64,000 nt of DNA from contig NC_086376.1 in NCBI RefSeq assembly GCF_036588685.1, forward strand, positions 22,134,001 through 22,198,000, given 5' to 3'. The position numbers and the translations under genes are program-made. The notes below the pieces were generated by a model that searched no databases, had not been told where the DNA came from, and saw only the letters and a program-made list of their open reading frames with translations. Of this stretch, positions 27,154 to 39,271 are shown one piece after another. Origin of the DNA: Mytilus trossulus. Lineage: Eukaryota. Every line of letters begins with the position of its first letter. Position 1 is the stretch's first letter.

Positions 27154-28417
27154 TTTTTAGCTCACCTGGCCTAAAAGGCCAAGTGAGCTTTTCCCATCAC
27201 TTGGCGTCCGTCGTCCATGGTCATTAACTTTTACAAAAATCTTCTCCTCTGAAACTACTGGGCCAAATTAAACCAAACTTGGCCACAATCATCATTGATG
27301 TATCTAGTTTAAAGTTTGTGTTTTTTTACCGGCCAACCATCCAAGATGGCCACCATGGCTTAAAATAGAACATAGGGGTAAAATGCAGTTTTTTGGCTTA
27401 TAGCTCAAAAACCAAAGCATTTAGAGCAAATCTGACAAGGGATAAAATTGTTTATCAGGTCAAAATTTATCTGCCCTGAAATTTTCAGATGAATCAGACA
27501 ACCCATTGTTGGGTTGCTGCCCCTAAATTGGTAATTTTAAGGAAATTTTACTGTTTTTGGTTATTATCTTGAATATTATTATAGATGGAGATAAACTGTA
27601 AACAGCAATAATGTTCAGCAAAGTAAGATTTACAATTAAGTCAACATGACCAAAATGGTCAGTTGACCCCTTTAGGAGTTATTGCCCTTTATAGTCAATT
27701 TTTAACCATTTTTTGTAAATAACCATGATCTTTTACAAAAATCTTCTCCTCTGAAACTACCGGGCCAAATTAATCCAAACTTGGCCACAATCATCATTGA
27801 TGTATCTTGTTTGAAAATGTGTTTTTTGTCCCAGCCAACCAACCAAGATGGCCGGAAAATGGAGGTTAAATGCAGTATTTGGTTATTACTCAAAAACCAA
27901 AGCATTTAGAGCAAATCTGACAAGGGGTCAAATTATTTATCTGGTCAAGTTCTATCTGCCCTGAAATTTTAAGATGAATGGGACAACTCGTTGTTAGGGT
28001 GCTGCCCCTAAATTGGTAATTTTAAGGAAATTTTGCTGTTTTGGGTCATTATCTTGAATATTATTATAGATAGAGATAAACTGTAAACAGCAATAATGTA
28101 CAGCAATTTAAGACTCAAAAATAAGTCAAAATGACCAAAATGGTCAATTGACCCACTAAGAAGTTATTGTCCTTTATAATCAATTTTTAACAATTTTCAT
28201 AAAATATGTAAATTTTTACTAACATTTTCCATTGAAACTACACGGACAAGTTCATTATAGATAGAGATAATTGTAAGCAGCAAGAATGTTCAGTAAAGTA
28301 AGATGTACAAACACATCACAATCACCTAAACACAATTTTGTCATGAACTGTCTGCTTCCTTTGTTTAATTCACATATACCAAGGTGAGCGACACAGGCTC
28401 TTTAGAACCTCTAGTTT
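27154..28417. mobile_element. Non-autonomous Helentron/HINE-like element, copy 1
   Basis: Starts TTTTTAGCTCACCTGG, with subterminal inverted CCAAGGTGAGC, 3' hairpin AGGCTCTTTAGAACCT, short (GTC)n, two internal repeats of about 500 bp, and T-rich ends. Confidence 0.8.
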
Positions 28418-28772
28418 GTTTCCCTCAACTAGTCCAAAACATTTCCATAGTACTTTGAAATACCTAGCTATAATTTGTTTTCTTTAATTCAAATGAGAGG
28501 AAATGTGGGCTACATCAATTAGACAACAAAGTCAGGGTTTTATGTATAAGATACCTTTTTGCAGGAATATGCATTGTATCTACATAATGTATCAACCTGA
28601 TGTAACCAATTTGTGGAAATCACCAGATACCTATGGTCCTAGAACTGATCTTTCTTGATTGGTCTATGGACTAATCTATCTAATGTTCCTAACTATTAAG
28701 TGTACCTAATTTTTCAGATCATCCGTGCCTCTGGTCCATGGAATGTTTTATCTAATATTCCTAATTTTTCAG

Positions 28773-28907
28773 ATCATTCGTGCCTCTGGTCCCTGGAATG
28801 TTCTGTTCTTTGTTATTGTTGTATTCTTTGGATCATTTTACCTGATAAACTTGATGTTAGCTGTCGTGGCTATGTCCTACCAAGAAGAGGCTGTCAGTGC
28901 AGGGAAG
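28773..28907 (+). CDS. Nav coding exon 8: DI S6 ([45 protein letters not shown])
   Basis: tttttcag / AAG|gtacga, 135 nt, phase 0 to 0. [16 protein letters not shown] motif. Confidence 0.96.
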
Positions 28908-30672
28908 GTACGAATACAATAATTATAAAAAATATAATGTAGATTTTATTTGCTTTGAATTTACTTTTGCTGTAGATTTTTTCACAATATTACTGTTTTG
29001 CTTATTTTCCATTTAAAGATATAAATATACTGAACTAACAATAATTTCAGATGATTTGTATATTAACAATATTAATGTCAGCATTATTATACATATGAAT
29101 TAGATTTATCAAGGTCTCCTGTAAACATGGTAAAGTTTAAACATTCGAGAAATCGTAGCACTTGAGTTTTATTCATATTATGGTTCATTTCATCATCACA
29201 AGTTAATCCATTATATTTTGTTTCAAATTATTTCACTATTTTCATTTTCTCACTTTATTTTATTAGATATTCATGTGAATTTTCAGGTTTGGCGTTTTGG
29301 ACCAAGATCATACCCCCTGGTATACCATCTTCCATACTTTTTATAATGTCAATGTTTAACTCTAAATTGACTCTCTACAGAAACAGTGCATTATTAGATA
29401 CATCAAGAAAAATATAAATGGTTGATTTTATTTGATTTTGGAAACAGACTCCCACAAAAGTAAATTTCCTAAAAGAAACAATTTAGACCCCTTCAATAGT
29501 TGTTTTAGTAGGTCTTTGTTGTTAAACAACTACTATTAAATCTATGATGCAATAAAGACGATCAAATTTTGAATAATTCATGCGTAATTAAAATTCAAAT
29601 AATGTAATTCTTTGAGAAAATTGCTGTTGTTACATGGTCGATTTACATGTTTTATATGGGTCTGTTTCAAATAGATATCAATAAAGGTTAAAAGTTTGAG
29701 GAATTCTCACATAAGTATTTCATTTCAAGTTGAATTTAAATATATTTTTCTTGTATATCAGATAATGCACTGTACCATTACCTTAGTATCACTTCCAGGG
29801 AAGCATGGGGTATTTTGCATGTTTATTTCACAATCTCTGAAAATGAGACTGCAAGTTTTTTATTATTGACTTTACCTCCGCAACATCTATGAGCAATGTT
29901 ACTGAGATGCTGATATTTGTTTTTAAATATCTTCATACTGTAATAGCAGAAATACTAACAAAAGTTTTGTATTATTTTGAAAGAATATTGTAATTGGATG
30001 AATGTCACAGTTATGGGAACTAATATTTAAAAATTATAGCATTTTTTCATTTGCAAAATATCCTTCAATTACATTTACAAATCTGACATATTTGTCTTCT
30101 TCAGTAAAAAGAAAAAGATTTAAAGTTGAACAAGATATATATCTTCATTTGATTCTCTTAACAACTTATTTTTTAATGTTTAATTAAAAATCAGAAGAAC
30201 GATAAAATATTTTATAGAATTTATGATTGATAAGGAAAAGCATGGAGATCACTGATAAACAACTCTTACTTAGTATATTTATTTAGTACATCATAAGACA
30301 TATATCACCATTTTGTGACTCACAGTGAGAAAAATAAGTTATAACTTCAACTTCATTTTTATGAGATTGTGCGGTTTAGCCAGAAATGTAAATTTATAGT
30401 GACTTAAATCTGCTTACATAGTAATGCATGTGACATATTGTAAAGAAAGCTTTCAATATTTGCTGAATGGACAGATTCTGTAGACAGCTAGAGCAGTTTT
30501 TATATATCGAAACCCTACAATATGTACTCAAGAAATAGTAATCTAGAAATATGGACTTTGCCTTTGAAGCATCATATTTGATAATTGTAGAATTTTAATC
30601 ATGAAAATATCTTTATAAAGATAGCCTCATTATGACAAATCTGATATGTTTTTCATGCTAATCATTACTTAG

Positions 30673-30684
30673 GAAGAACTACAG
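30673..30684 (+). CDS. Candidate microexon, 12 nt (EELQ), DI-II linker
   Basis: catgctaatcattacttag|GAAGAACTACAG|gtagtc. Phase 0, purine-rich, CTAAT branch-like motif upstream. Donor only moderate. Confidence 0.55.
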
Positions 30685-33351
30685 GTAGTCAAAAATCAAA
30701 ACTGTTGTTTTACCTGATGCACCATGAAATACCAGCACAAATAATCCTTCCTAAAAATCCTAACTTCGTCAGTTTGTTGCCAGTTGGCATACCTAATACA
30801 TTTGTTCACTATACTTCATTTCAATACAATGTTTTTTTCAGATTGATTAAAAAAAAAGAATCTGTGTAAATTATCAGTTTCTTATAGCAGCATAGCAAAA
30901 GATTTAAATGAAAAAAAACGGCCATAACTTTTTATCCGAGTTTACCATGAAAACAAAATTATATTTTTAAAGTTTTACTTCAAGAATGTCTCATAAAAAC
31001 TCTGTAGAGATTGTAATGCTACAATAATTTGTACAACTAAAAGGAATTCTAAATGTTGAGACATTTTTTTGAAACTAGAATGACACTAGAATGATTTGGT
31101 GAAAAGTTTTCATGAAATTTGGAATAAAGTTACCCATGTTTGTACTGTAAACACTGTACTGCATATTTCCCCAGGTTGTTAATTTTAGCAATATCAATGA
31201 ATAAATTTATTTGCACAGTAGTTGTATTTCCGCTGAAACAATATTTGTTAGCCCACCACACCAATATTGATGCTTTAGCCCTGGCTTGAAAATTTCCACA
31301 TTTCACCGCTTTTGGCAATACTCTGTACTGTTTCACCCAACTATTATGTTTTGAAGAAAGAAGGGTTGATTTGAAAGACCTGCTCGATGAAAAAATAAAC
31401 AAATTCGTCATGAGAGATTTTTTCTCCAAAAATGACCTTTTTTTATACTAACAATCTCAATAGCTGTTTCGTTTACGATGCTTGTTTTCTCCCTGTTTTT
31501 TATAAGACTAAACAAAAGCTATATGTTAGCTTTGGCTGTTAGATATTGCTTTTGTGAATTTTATTTTACCATATTTTGTGCCTTTGCTGGTTTTCTTATT
31601 CATTCAAGTCAACAGCTTTAAAGTAGTGTATAGTCTTAATGGACTTCTTGCATATATTATATATATATGTGCTTTGTAATAGCTTTGAAATAATTGAGTT
31701 TAAAATAAGACAGTATGGTGTCCCAGTATATCTGATGATGTACGTAGTCATGACTGATATATATTAGTCCTACTTATGTCTAGGAAATATTAAACTGTAA
31801 AGTATTTCAATTTATTGTTTCTTAAATATCAGTAGTACATATTATTCTAGAAGGGGGAGAATTTAGACAGCTGGCCTTTCATCAGTTACTTCAGGAGCTA
31901 ATGCTATGACTTGCAAAATAAATTGGAACTGAATGCTTATATTAGTTTAAATTCTTATAGTTACTTAGTTATCAGTGTACTAAAGAAAATTCAATACATT
32001 AATTGTTAATTGGTTATGAAAATCAATTTTAATGTTTCTGGACCAGGAACCTAATCAATAGAAAGTAATAAATGAAAAATAGTTTGGTCTTGGATTCTAA
32101 CAACAAAGTGTTGAAGCTCTTTTTTTAAGCTTGTCCTCATCGTGCATTAAATATTTGCTACTGGATATTTAGTAACTAACCATCAAGTTAAGGGCTTTCA
32201 TTGGGGGAGATCAAGAAAAAGGGGCCCAAGTCAGCAAATCATGAATTTTTTAAGGCCCTGTGACAGTTGGATCGAGGCATAATTTTTTTTTGTTCAGCTT
32301 GTATTAGGAACTATATTTATATAAAAATTTTGTCCATGAATAAGTTGTTAAAATGTTCTCACTATAAATATTTCTTATCAACAAAATTGGAAGTATTGTT
32401 TACACTACATTGCCAACATTTTATTGCATAAGTGAAATCACAACAGCCAATGTTTTACATAAATTTCAGACTAAATGCTAATTGCTATCTTTACTGCAGA
32501 CTGAATACTAATGCTTATGTTAAGTGAGCTCTATACACTTGAATTGATTCGCTTTATGCTTCGATTTCATCAATTATTAAATGTGATTTGTTTCTGATTG
32601 ATCTTTATACCTTCACAAGCTAAACAATATGCTAAAAATTGATTGAAATTTTATGTTCTTTGCCTTTTATTGTGGTGATTGAATATTGAATGAAAGAAAA
32701 ACGGGATAAATTTAAGTTTAATTGATCTATGCTCATTTTATTGTTTTGCAAGGTTTCTGCTGAGTTTGCTTTTTAGTTGTCAACATGAAAAAGGATCACA
32801 CTGCTTATCTTGCTTTTATTAGGATCATCAATACATCTAAACAATTTTCAATATCGGTAAAATTGAAAAATTATCTAAAATTGTTTGTCTTATATCCGCC
32901 ATAAATTGTGAGTGTCTGTTAAAGTTATAAGTGTTTATTAAGTCTGAAATAGGGCTTTGATTCCATGAAACATAAGTTTGATTAATATATCCATAAAGTT
33001 CTCTTTATTAAACCTTTTTCGTCCTTATTAATATTTGTACAACACATACTGACCATATGATTAACTTGGAATTGAGATATTAAAAGTACTGAAGTACTTG
33101 GACAAGATAAAGCCTTTTGTGCTGATGCTGCACAAATCAATCACCAATCACTGAAGATTATAGTACATTTACTTCTCTTACAGACATAAGTTATGCAATA
33201 GACAGACTCTTGTGTATCAAATTTCTGAAATAATATGACTTGTCAATCAACTGTTATTTTATATAAATGTAGGGAACTATTAGTATTACTTTTTAAATAC
33301 TATTCACAATAACATTACTCTCTTCCAATTATTGCTGCTTTTGGCAATCAG

Positions 33352-33360
33352 AAGAAAAAG
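33352..33360 (+). CDS. Candidate microexon, 9 nt (KKK), DI-II linker
   Basis: ctctcttccaattattgctgcttttggcaatcag|AAGAAAAAG|gttagt. Phase 0, TGC motifs just upstream of the acceptor. Confidence 0.55.
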
Positions 33361-33363
33361 GTT

Positions 33364-34401
33364 AGTTGCTATGTAGATCAGTGAAGCATGTTGTACTGTT
33401 ATTCAGACAAGTTGTTATGTAGCATGTTGTACTGTTATTCAGACAAGTTGTTATGTAGATCAGTGTGGCATGTTGTACTGTTATTCAGACAAGTTGTTAT
33501 GTAGATCAGTGTAGCATGTTGTACTGTTATTCAGACAAGTTGTTATATAGATCAGTGTAGCATGTTGTACTGTTATTCAGACAAGTTGTTATGTAGATCA
33601 GTGTAGCATGTTGTACTGTTATTCAGACAAGTTGTTATGTAGATCAGTGTAGCATGTTGTACTGTTATTCAGACAAGTTGTTATGTAGATCAGTGTAGCA
33701 TGTTGTATTGTTATTCAGACAAGTTGTTATGTAGATCAGTGTGGCATGTTGTACTGTTATTCAGACAAGTTGTTATGTAGATCAGTGAAGCATGTTGTAT
33801 TGTTATTCAGACAAGTTGTTATGTAGATCAGTGTAGCATGTTGTACTGTTATTCAGACAAGTTGTTATGTAGATCAGTGAAGCATGTTGTACTGTTATTC
33901 AGACAAGTTGTTATGTAGATCAGTGTGGCATGTTGTACTGTTATTCAGACAAGTTGTTATGTAGATCAGTGTGGCATGTTGTACTATTATTCAGACAAGT
34001 TGTTATGTAGATCAGTGTGGCATGTTGTACTGTTATTCAGACAAGTTGTTATGTAGATCAGTGTAGCATGTTGTACTGTTATTCAGACAAGTTGTTATGT
34101 AAACCAGTGTAGCATGTTGTACTGTTATTCAGACAAGTTGTTATGTAGATCAGTGTAGCATGTTGTACTGTTATTCAGACAAGTTGTTGTGTAGATCAGT
34201 GTAGCATGTTGTACTGTTATTCAGACAAGTTGTTATGTAGATCAGTGTAGCATGTTGTACTGTTATTCAGACAAGTTGTCATGTAGATCAGTGTAGCATG
34301 TTGTACTGTTATTCAGACAAGTTGTTATGTAGATCAGTGTAGCATGTTGTACTGTTATTCAGACAAGTTGTTATGTAGACCAGTCATGTTGTACTGTTAT
34401 T
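33364..34401. repeat. 46-bp minisatellite, about 22 copies, each containing GCATG
   Basis: Unit tgttgtactgttattcagacaagttgttatgtagatcagtgtagca. Confidence 0.95.
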
Positions 34402-36095
34402 GTTTGTTCAATCAGTCTTTGCTTACAGAAAATCTTTCATTTTATTTATTTTTTTGATAATTTATTTTAGTTTTTTTAGCTCACCTGGCAAAAGAGCCAG
34501 TTTGAGTTATCGCCATCACAGGCATCACCTGTTGATGGCAACAATTTAACTTTTACGTTCACTCTTCATCTCCACTCTTCATCTCCGACTAAAAGTTTAT
34601 TTGAAACATTCCAGAAGGGATTTGTTCATTACTGTACAGTGTAAAACTTCTCAATTTGTAGTTTCTTAAAAATTTAATTAGATATGCCCATAGGATACTG
34701 TAGCTATCATTAAAATATTTGTAAAATTCATATGAAAGTTTATTTTTAAAGAGCGTTTTCTTTGATGAAATGTATTGGGAAATATTTGTTTGTGTATGAT
34801 TTGATCAGTTACTACTCACTAGAAAGTTTGAAAGTGAATGATCTATATATCAAAGTCTTTTTTGATATGACAGAGAAACATTTATGAGTTACAAAACCCT
34901 ATAACTTAATATACCTATACATGTATTTGATTGCCATAATTGATTATTTCTACATTTTTTAAGAATTTATGGGTGTGCATTCACTGTGCAAATATCTTTT
35001 AAAATTTTGTAAATTAGTAAAAATTTAATTTATATAAGAATTACTGTTTGTGCTATTCAGGTGAAATTAGATTTGATATAAAGTTCCAAAGTATATTAAA
35101 TAGTGAAGGATTTTATTTGTTATTTTTTCTTAAGTAATAAAATTCAATAATAATATCAGTCACCAAGCTTTACGGGAGGTATCAATGATTCTATATATAA
35201 TCTCAATCAAATAAAAATATCAAATTGGGAGATATTTTTTTGCTTTTCTTTAAATGTTCATTTGACTATGATGAATTGAGTATAGCAGCATGTCATGTAT
35301 GTTATATCTGGTTAAAACAAGACAATGTTGATTGCTTTAAACCCCACAAAGATCAATTGTTTCTCAAATTTTTTATTAAAGATGAAATATGACATTATAA
35401 AACAGATAGTCTTTCACAATGTTATGTATATCGTTGAAATTGGGAATTGAAATACATGTACATGTGGCCTTCGGCTGTTGTCTGCTCTATGGTCGGGTTG
35501 TTATTGCTTTGACACATTCCACATTTTCATTCTCACTTTTATGTTCATGTAAATATGAGATTATGTAACACACAAGTCTTATATGTGGTACAGAAAATTC
35601 CCCTTATTGATGTGGCCCTTCCTTTTCACATTGTACTTTTTCAGTTTATAAGAATACCTCATTCCACCCATTATACAGATTTAGTATATACATTGTATTG
35701 TTATGTGAAAGAATACAAAGTACTTACTAAATAAATGATAAATAGAAACGCTTACGTAGATCCAGACGATATATTCAAAGAGATTAGTAACTTATATTGA
35801 TTAGCAAACATTTTGAAATTAATAAATAATGAATATTTGCTTCATTACTGAAGATTGAAAGCCCTTAAAAAATAAAATCAATAAAAGAAATTCTTTCAAA
35901 AAATGGAATTATCACTTGCATTCCTTTATATATCCTTCTTTATAGATAATTTTATTATTTGATATGATCTATTACAGTTCATTTCCCACAGTTATGATGT
36001 TATGATAGAAATGCTTAGTGAAAATGGGGGGGGGGAGGGGGGGAGGGTAAACTAACTCTAAATAGAACACAAGGAACAGAAAAATTGAAGTCATA

Positions 36096-36598
36096 TTTTT
36101 ATGCCCCACCTACGATAGTAGAGAGGCATTATGTTTTCTGGTCTGTGCGTCCATTTGTCTGTCTGTCTGTCTGTTCGTTCGTCTGTTTGTCTGTTCCTTC
36201 GTCCGTCCGTTCGTCCGTCTGTCCCACATCAGGTTTAAGTTTTTGGTCAAGGTAGTTTTTGATGAAGTTGTAGTCCAATCAACTTGAAACTTAGTACACA
36301 TGTTCATTATGATATGATCTTTCTAATTTTAAAGCCAAATTAAACTTTTGACCCCAATTTCACGGTCCACTGAACATAGAAAATGAAAGTGCATGTTTCA
36401 GGTTAAAGTTTTTGGTCAAGGTAGTTTTTGATGAAGTTGAAGTCCAATCAACTTCAAACTTTGTACACATGTTCCCTATGATATTATCTTTCTAATGTTA
36501 ATGCCTAATTATATTTTTTATCCAATTTCATGGTCCATTGAACATGGAAAATGATAGTGCAAGTGGGGCATCCGTGTACTTTGGACACATTCTTGTTT
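36096..36598. mobile_element. HINE-like element (ATGCCCCAC...GTGGGGCAT) with (GTCY)n microsatellite
   Basis: Subterminal inverted repeats, tetranucleotide microsatellite, two internal repeats of about 180 bp, and 3' hairpin. A 5'-truncated copy lies at about 59379-59658. Confidence 0.75.
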
Positions 36599-36768
36599 TG
36601 TTTGCTTTATTTCAAAATTGGTAAAAGAAAAGATTCAATAAGAAGTTTTAGTTTGTGCACACACTGACTGATCAGTTGCATGTTACATATATGAAGCCTC
36701 AACTTCTTACACTTTGAGTTTACATATAAAGTGTAAATTGATCAAATATTTTGTTTTCTAACCTATAG

Positions 36769-36783
36769 GAAGAACAAGCATTG
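36769..36783 (+). CDS. Candidate microexon, 15 nt (EEQAL), DI-II linker
   Basis: ttttgttttctaacctatag|GAAGAACAAGCATTG|gtaagt. Consensus donor, phase 0. Confidence 0.75.
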
Positions 36784-37078
36784 GTAAGTCTACTGCAGAC
36801 AGCTTATATGTTGGGTTACCGGCTAAACAAGCAAACGCTTTATTGTTGGTTTATCATTATAATTGTGTTCCTTATCATCATCAAATCATTTGGCATGGTT
36901 AATTTCATTTACAATTGCAGTGCCTTTTATTTACAAGAATTGATCATTCAATTTAAAATAGTGTTTTTAGCTTTTTAATAATTATGCTGTCTTTATGATG
37001 TTTATCAAAATACAGATTTGATGGTTTCAGCAAAGTTTTGTTATTGTTATTATTAAAGCTGGAACTGTTTCACATTTA

Positions 37079-38388
37079 TTTTTAGCTCACCTGGCCCGAA
37101 GGGCCAAGTGAGCTTTTCTCATCACTTGGCGTCCGTCGTCTGTCGTCCTCCGTCGTCGTCGTCCGTCGTCGTCCTGCGTCCGGCGTTAACTTTTACAAAA
37201 ATCTTCTCCTCTGAAACTACTGGGCCAAATTTAACCAAACTTGGCCACAATCATCATTGAGGTATCTAGTTTGAAAATTGTGTCCGGTGACCTTGCCAAC
37301 CAACCAAGATGGCTGCCATGGCTAAAAATAGAACATAGGGGTAAAATGCAGTTTTTGGCTTATAACTCAAAAACCAAAGCATTTAGAGCAAATCTGACAT
37401 GGGGTAAAATTGTTTATCAGGTTAAGATCTATCTGCCTTGAAATTTTCAGATGAATCTGACATTCCCTTGTTAGGTTGCTGCCCCTGAATCAGTAATTTT
37501 AAGGAAATTTTGCTGTTTTTGGTTATTATCTTGAATATTATTATAGATAGAGAAAAACTGTAAACAGCAATAATGTTCAGCAAAGTAAGATCTACAAATA
37601 AGTTAACATGACCAAAATGGTCAGTTGACCACTGTAGGAGTTATTGCCCTTTATAGTCAATTTTTAACCATTTTACGTAAATCTTAGTTATCTTTTAGAA
37701 AAATCTTCTCCTCTGAAACTACTGGGCCAAATTAATTGAAACTTGGCCACAATCATCTTTGCGGTATCTAGTATAAAAATTGTGTCCGGTAACTTGGCCA
37801 ACCAACCAAGATGGCGGCCATGGCTAAAAATAGAACATGGGAGTAAAATGCAGTTTTTGGCTTATAACCCAAAAAACAAAGCATTAAGAGCAAATCTGAC
37901 AGAGTTGAAATTGTTGATCAGGTCAAGATCTATCTGCCCAGGAATTTTCAGATGAATTGGATCATCGGTTGTTAGGTTGCTGCCCCTAAATTGGTAATTT
38001 TGAGGAAATTTTGCTGTTTTTTTGTTATTATCTTGAATATTATTATAGATAGAGATAAACTGTAAACAGCAATAATGTACAGTAAAGTAAGAACTAAAAA
38101 TGAGTCTACATGACCAAAATAGTCAATTGACCCCCTGAGGAGTTATTGCCCTTCATAGTCATTTTTTAACAATTTTCACAAAATTTGTAGATTTTCACTA
38201 ACATTTTCCACAGAAACTACTGTTATAGATAGAGATAATTGTAAGCAGCAAAAATGTTTAGTAAAGTAAGATCTTCAAACACATCACCATCACCAAAACA
38301 CAATTTTGTCATGAATTCATTTGTGTACAATGTTTAATATTAACATAGACCAAGGTGAGCGACACAGGCTCTTTAGAGCCTCTAGTTT
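37079..38388. mobile_element. Non-autonomous Helentron/HINE-like element, copy 2 (same family as 27154-28417)
   Basis: Same termini, longer (GTC)n microsatellite, perfect hairpin AGGCTCTTTAGAGCCT. A truncated relative lies at about 34471-34525. Confidence 0.82.
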
Positions 38389-39247
38389 ATATTCACTATT
38401 TTTTTGCACATATAAAAAAGATTTTATTTTACAAATTGAAGCCCGAATTTTGCCCTTGTGACAAGCACATTCTGGTATTAGTTTATGATCATTACTGTTT
38501 TAATATCAAATGTTCTGACAAAAGTCTTTCTGTCCAAAACATTACAGAAAATGTTACTGAAAAAGAAACATGTTGTTCACAATAATTCCTCTCACTGTAT
38601 CTAATATTACAATTTTGTCCTGTAAAAATGGTCGATCTAAAACATTTTTGTAGAATATTTGCCCCACAACATCAACATTGATTCAGTTCCAAAAGCTAGT
38701 TCGGTGTTATTTGACTATTTTTATGTTCTGTTGATTTAATAACATGTTGATGTGAAGAGTTTAAAAAATAACTAAAATTGTTGAAAGACTATAGAATTTT
38801 ATTTACATGTTGCTGTGCATATATGTGCAAGTTAACATTGAGGCATAATGTAATAAATAACCTGTGTATATAAAGTACAATGGAGATATATGCCTAAAAT
38901 TTTTGAAAGTCATAATTTCAATAATCTATTGTAACTAGGATGGAGAGTTGTCTCATTAGCACTCATACTACATCTTCTCTATATGTATGATATACAAATG
39001 TATAAAAATATTAACCAAAAAAAATCTTTTATTTTACAAGTAATATAAAATCAAAATGCTTCATCTTAAAAACAATTATATTTTTGATAAAATGAAATAA
39101 AAACTAAAGAAAAAAAACATTGTGTCTTTCTCAAAGGTAAAAGGTAAATGTTCCTTAATTCATTGGTGGTAAAATAAGGAAATATTATATACAGATAAAG
39201 TTTTCAATGAATTTATATATTTGTAAATTTTATTTTTGTGAATGCAG

Positions 39248-39271
39248 CAAAAGCATGAGGATGAGAAAAAG
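39248..39271 (+). CDS. Candidate microexon, 24 nt (QKHEDEKK), DI-II linker
   Basis: ttttatttttgtgaatgcag|CAAAAGCATGAGGATGAGAAAAAG|gtatta. Phase 0, charged peptide matching the composition of the next exon. Confidence 0.65.

Noticed and set aside
31507-31524. 18-nt in-frame segment TKQKLY (aag|...|gttagc) as a further microexon
   Set aside because: The pyrimidine tract is good, but the acceptor is AAG and the donor is weak. Not called, though worth including in an RT-PCR screen.
36026-36047. Poly-G run, potential G-quadruplex
   Set aside because: An isolated homopolymer with no context suggesting function.
37241-37955. Two similar ORFs (MATIII...NQPRW)
   Set aside because: They derive from the two internal repeats of a non-autonomous element and have no Rep/helicase or transposase motifs.
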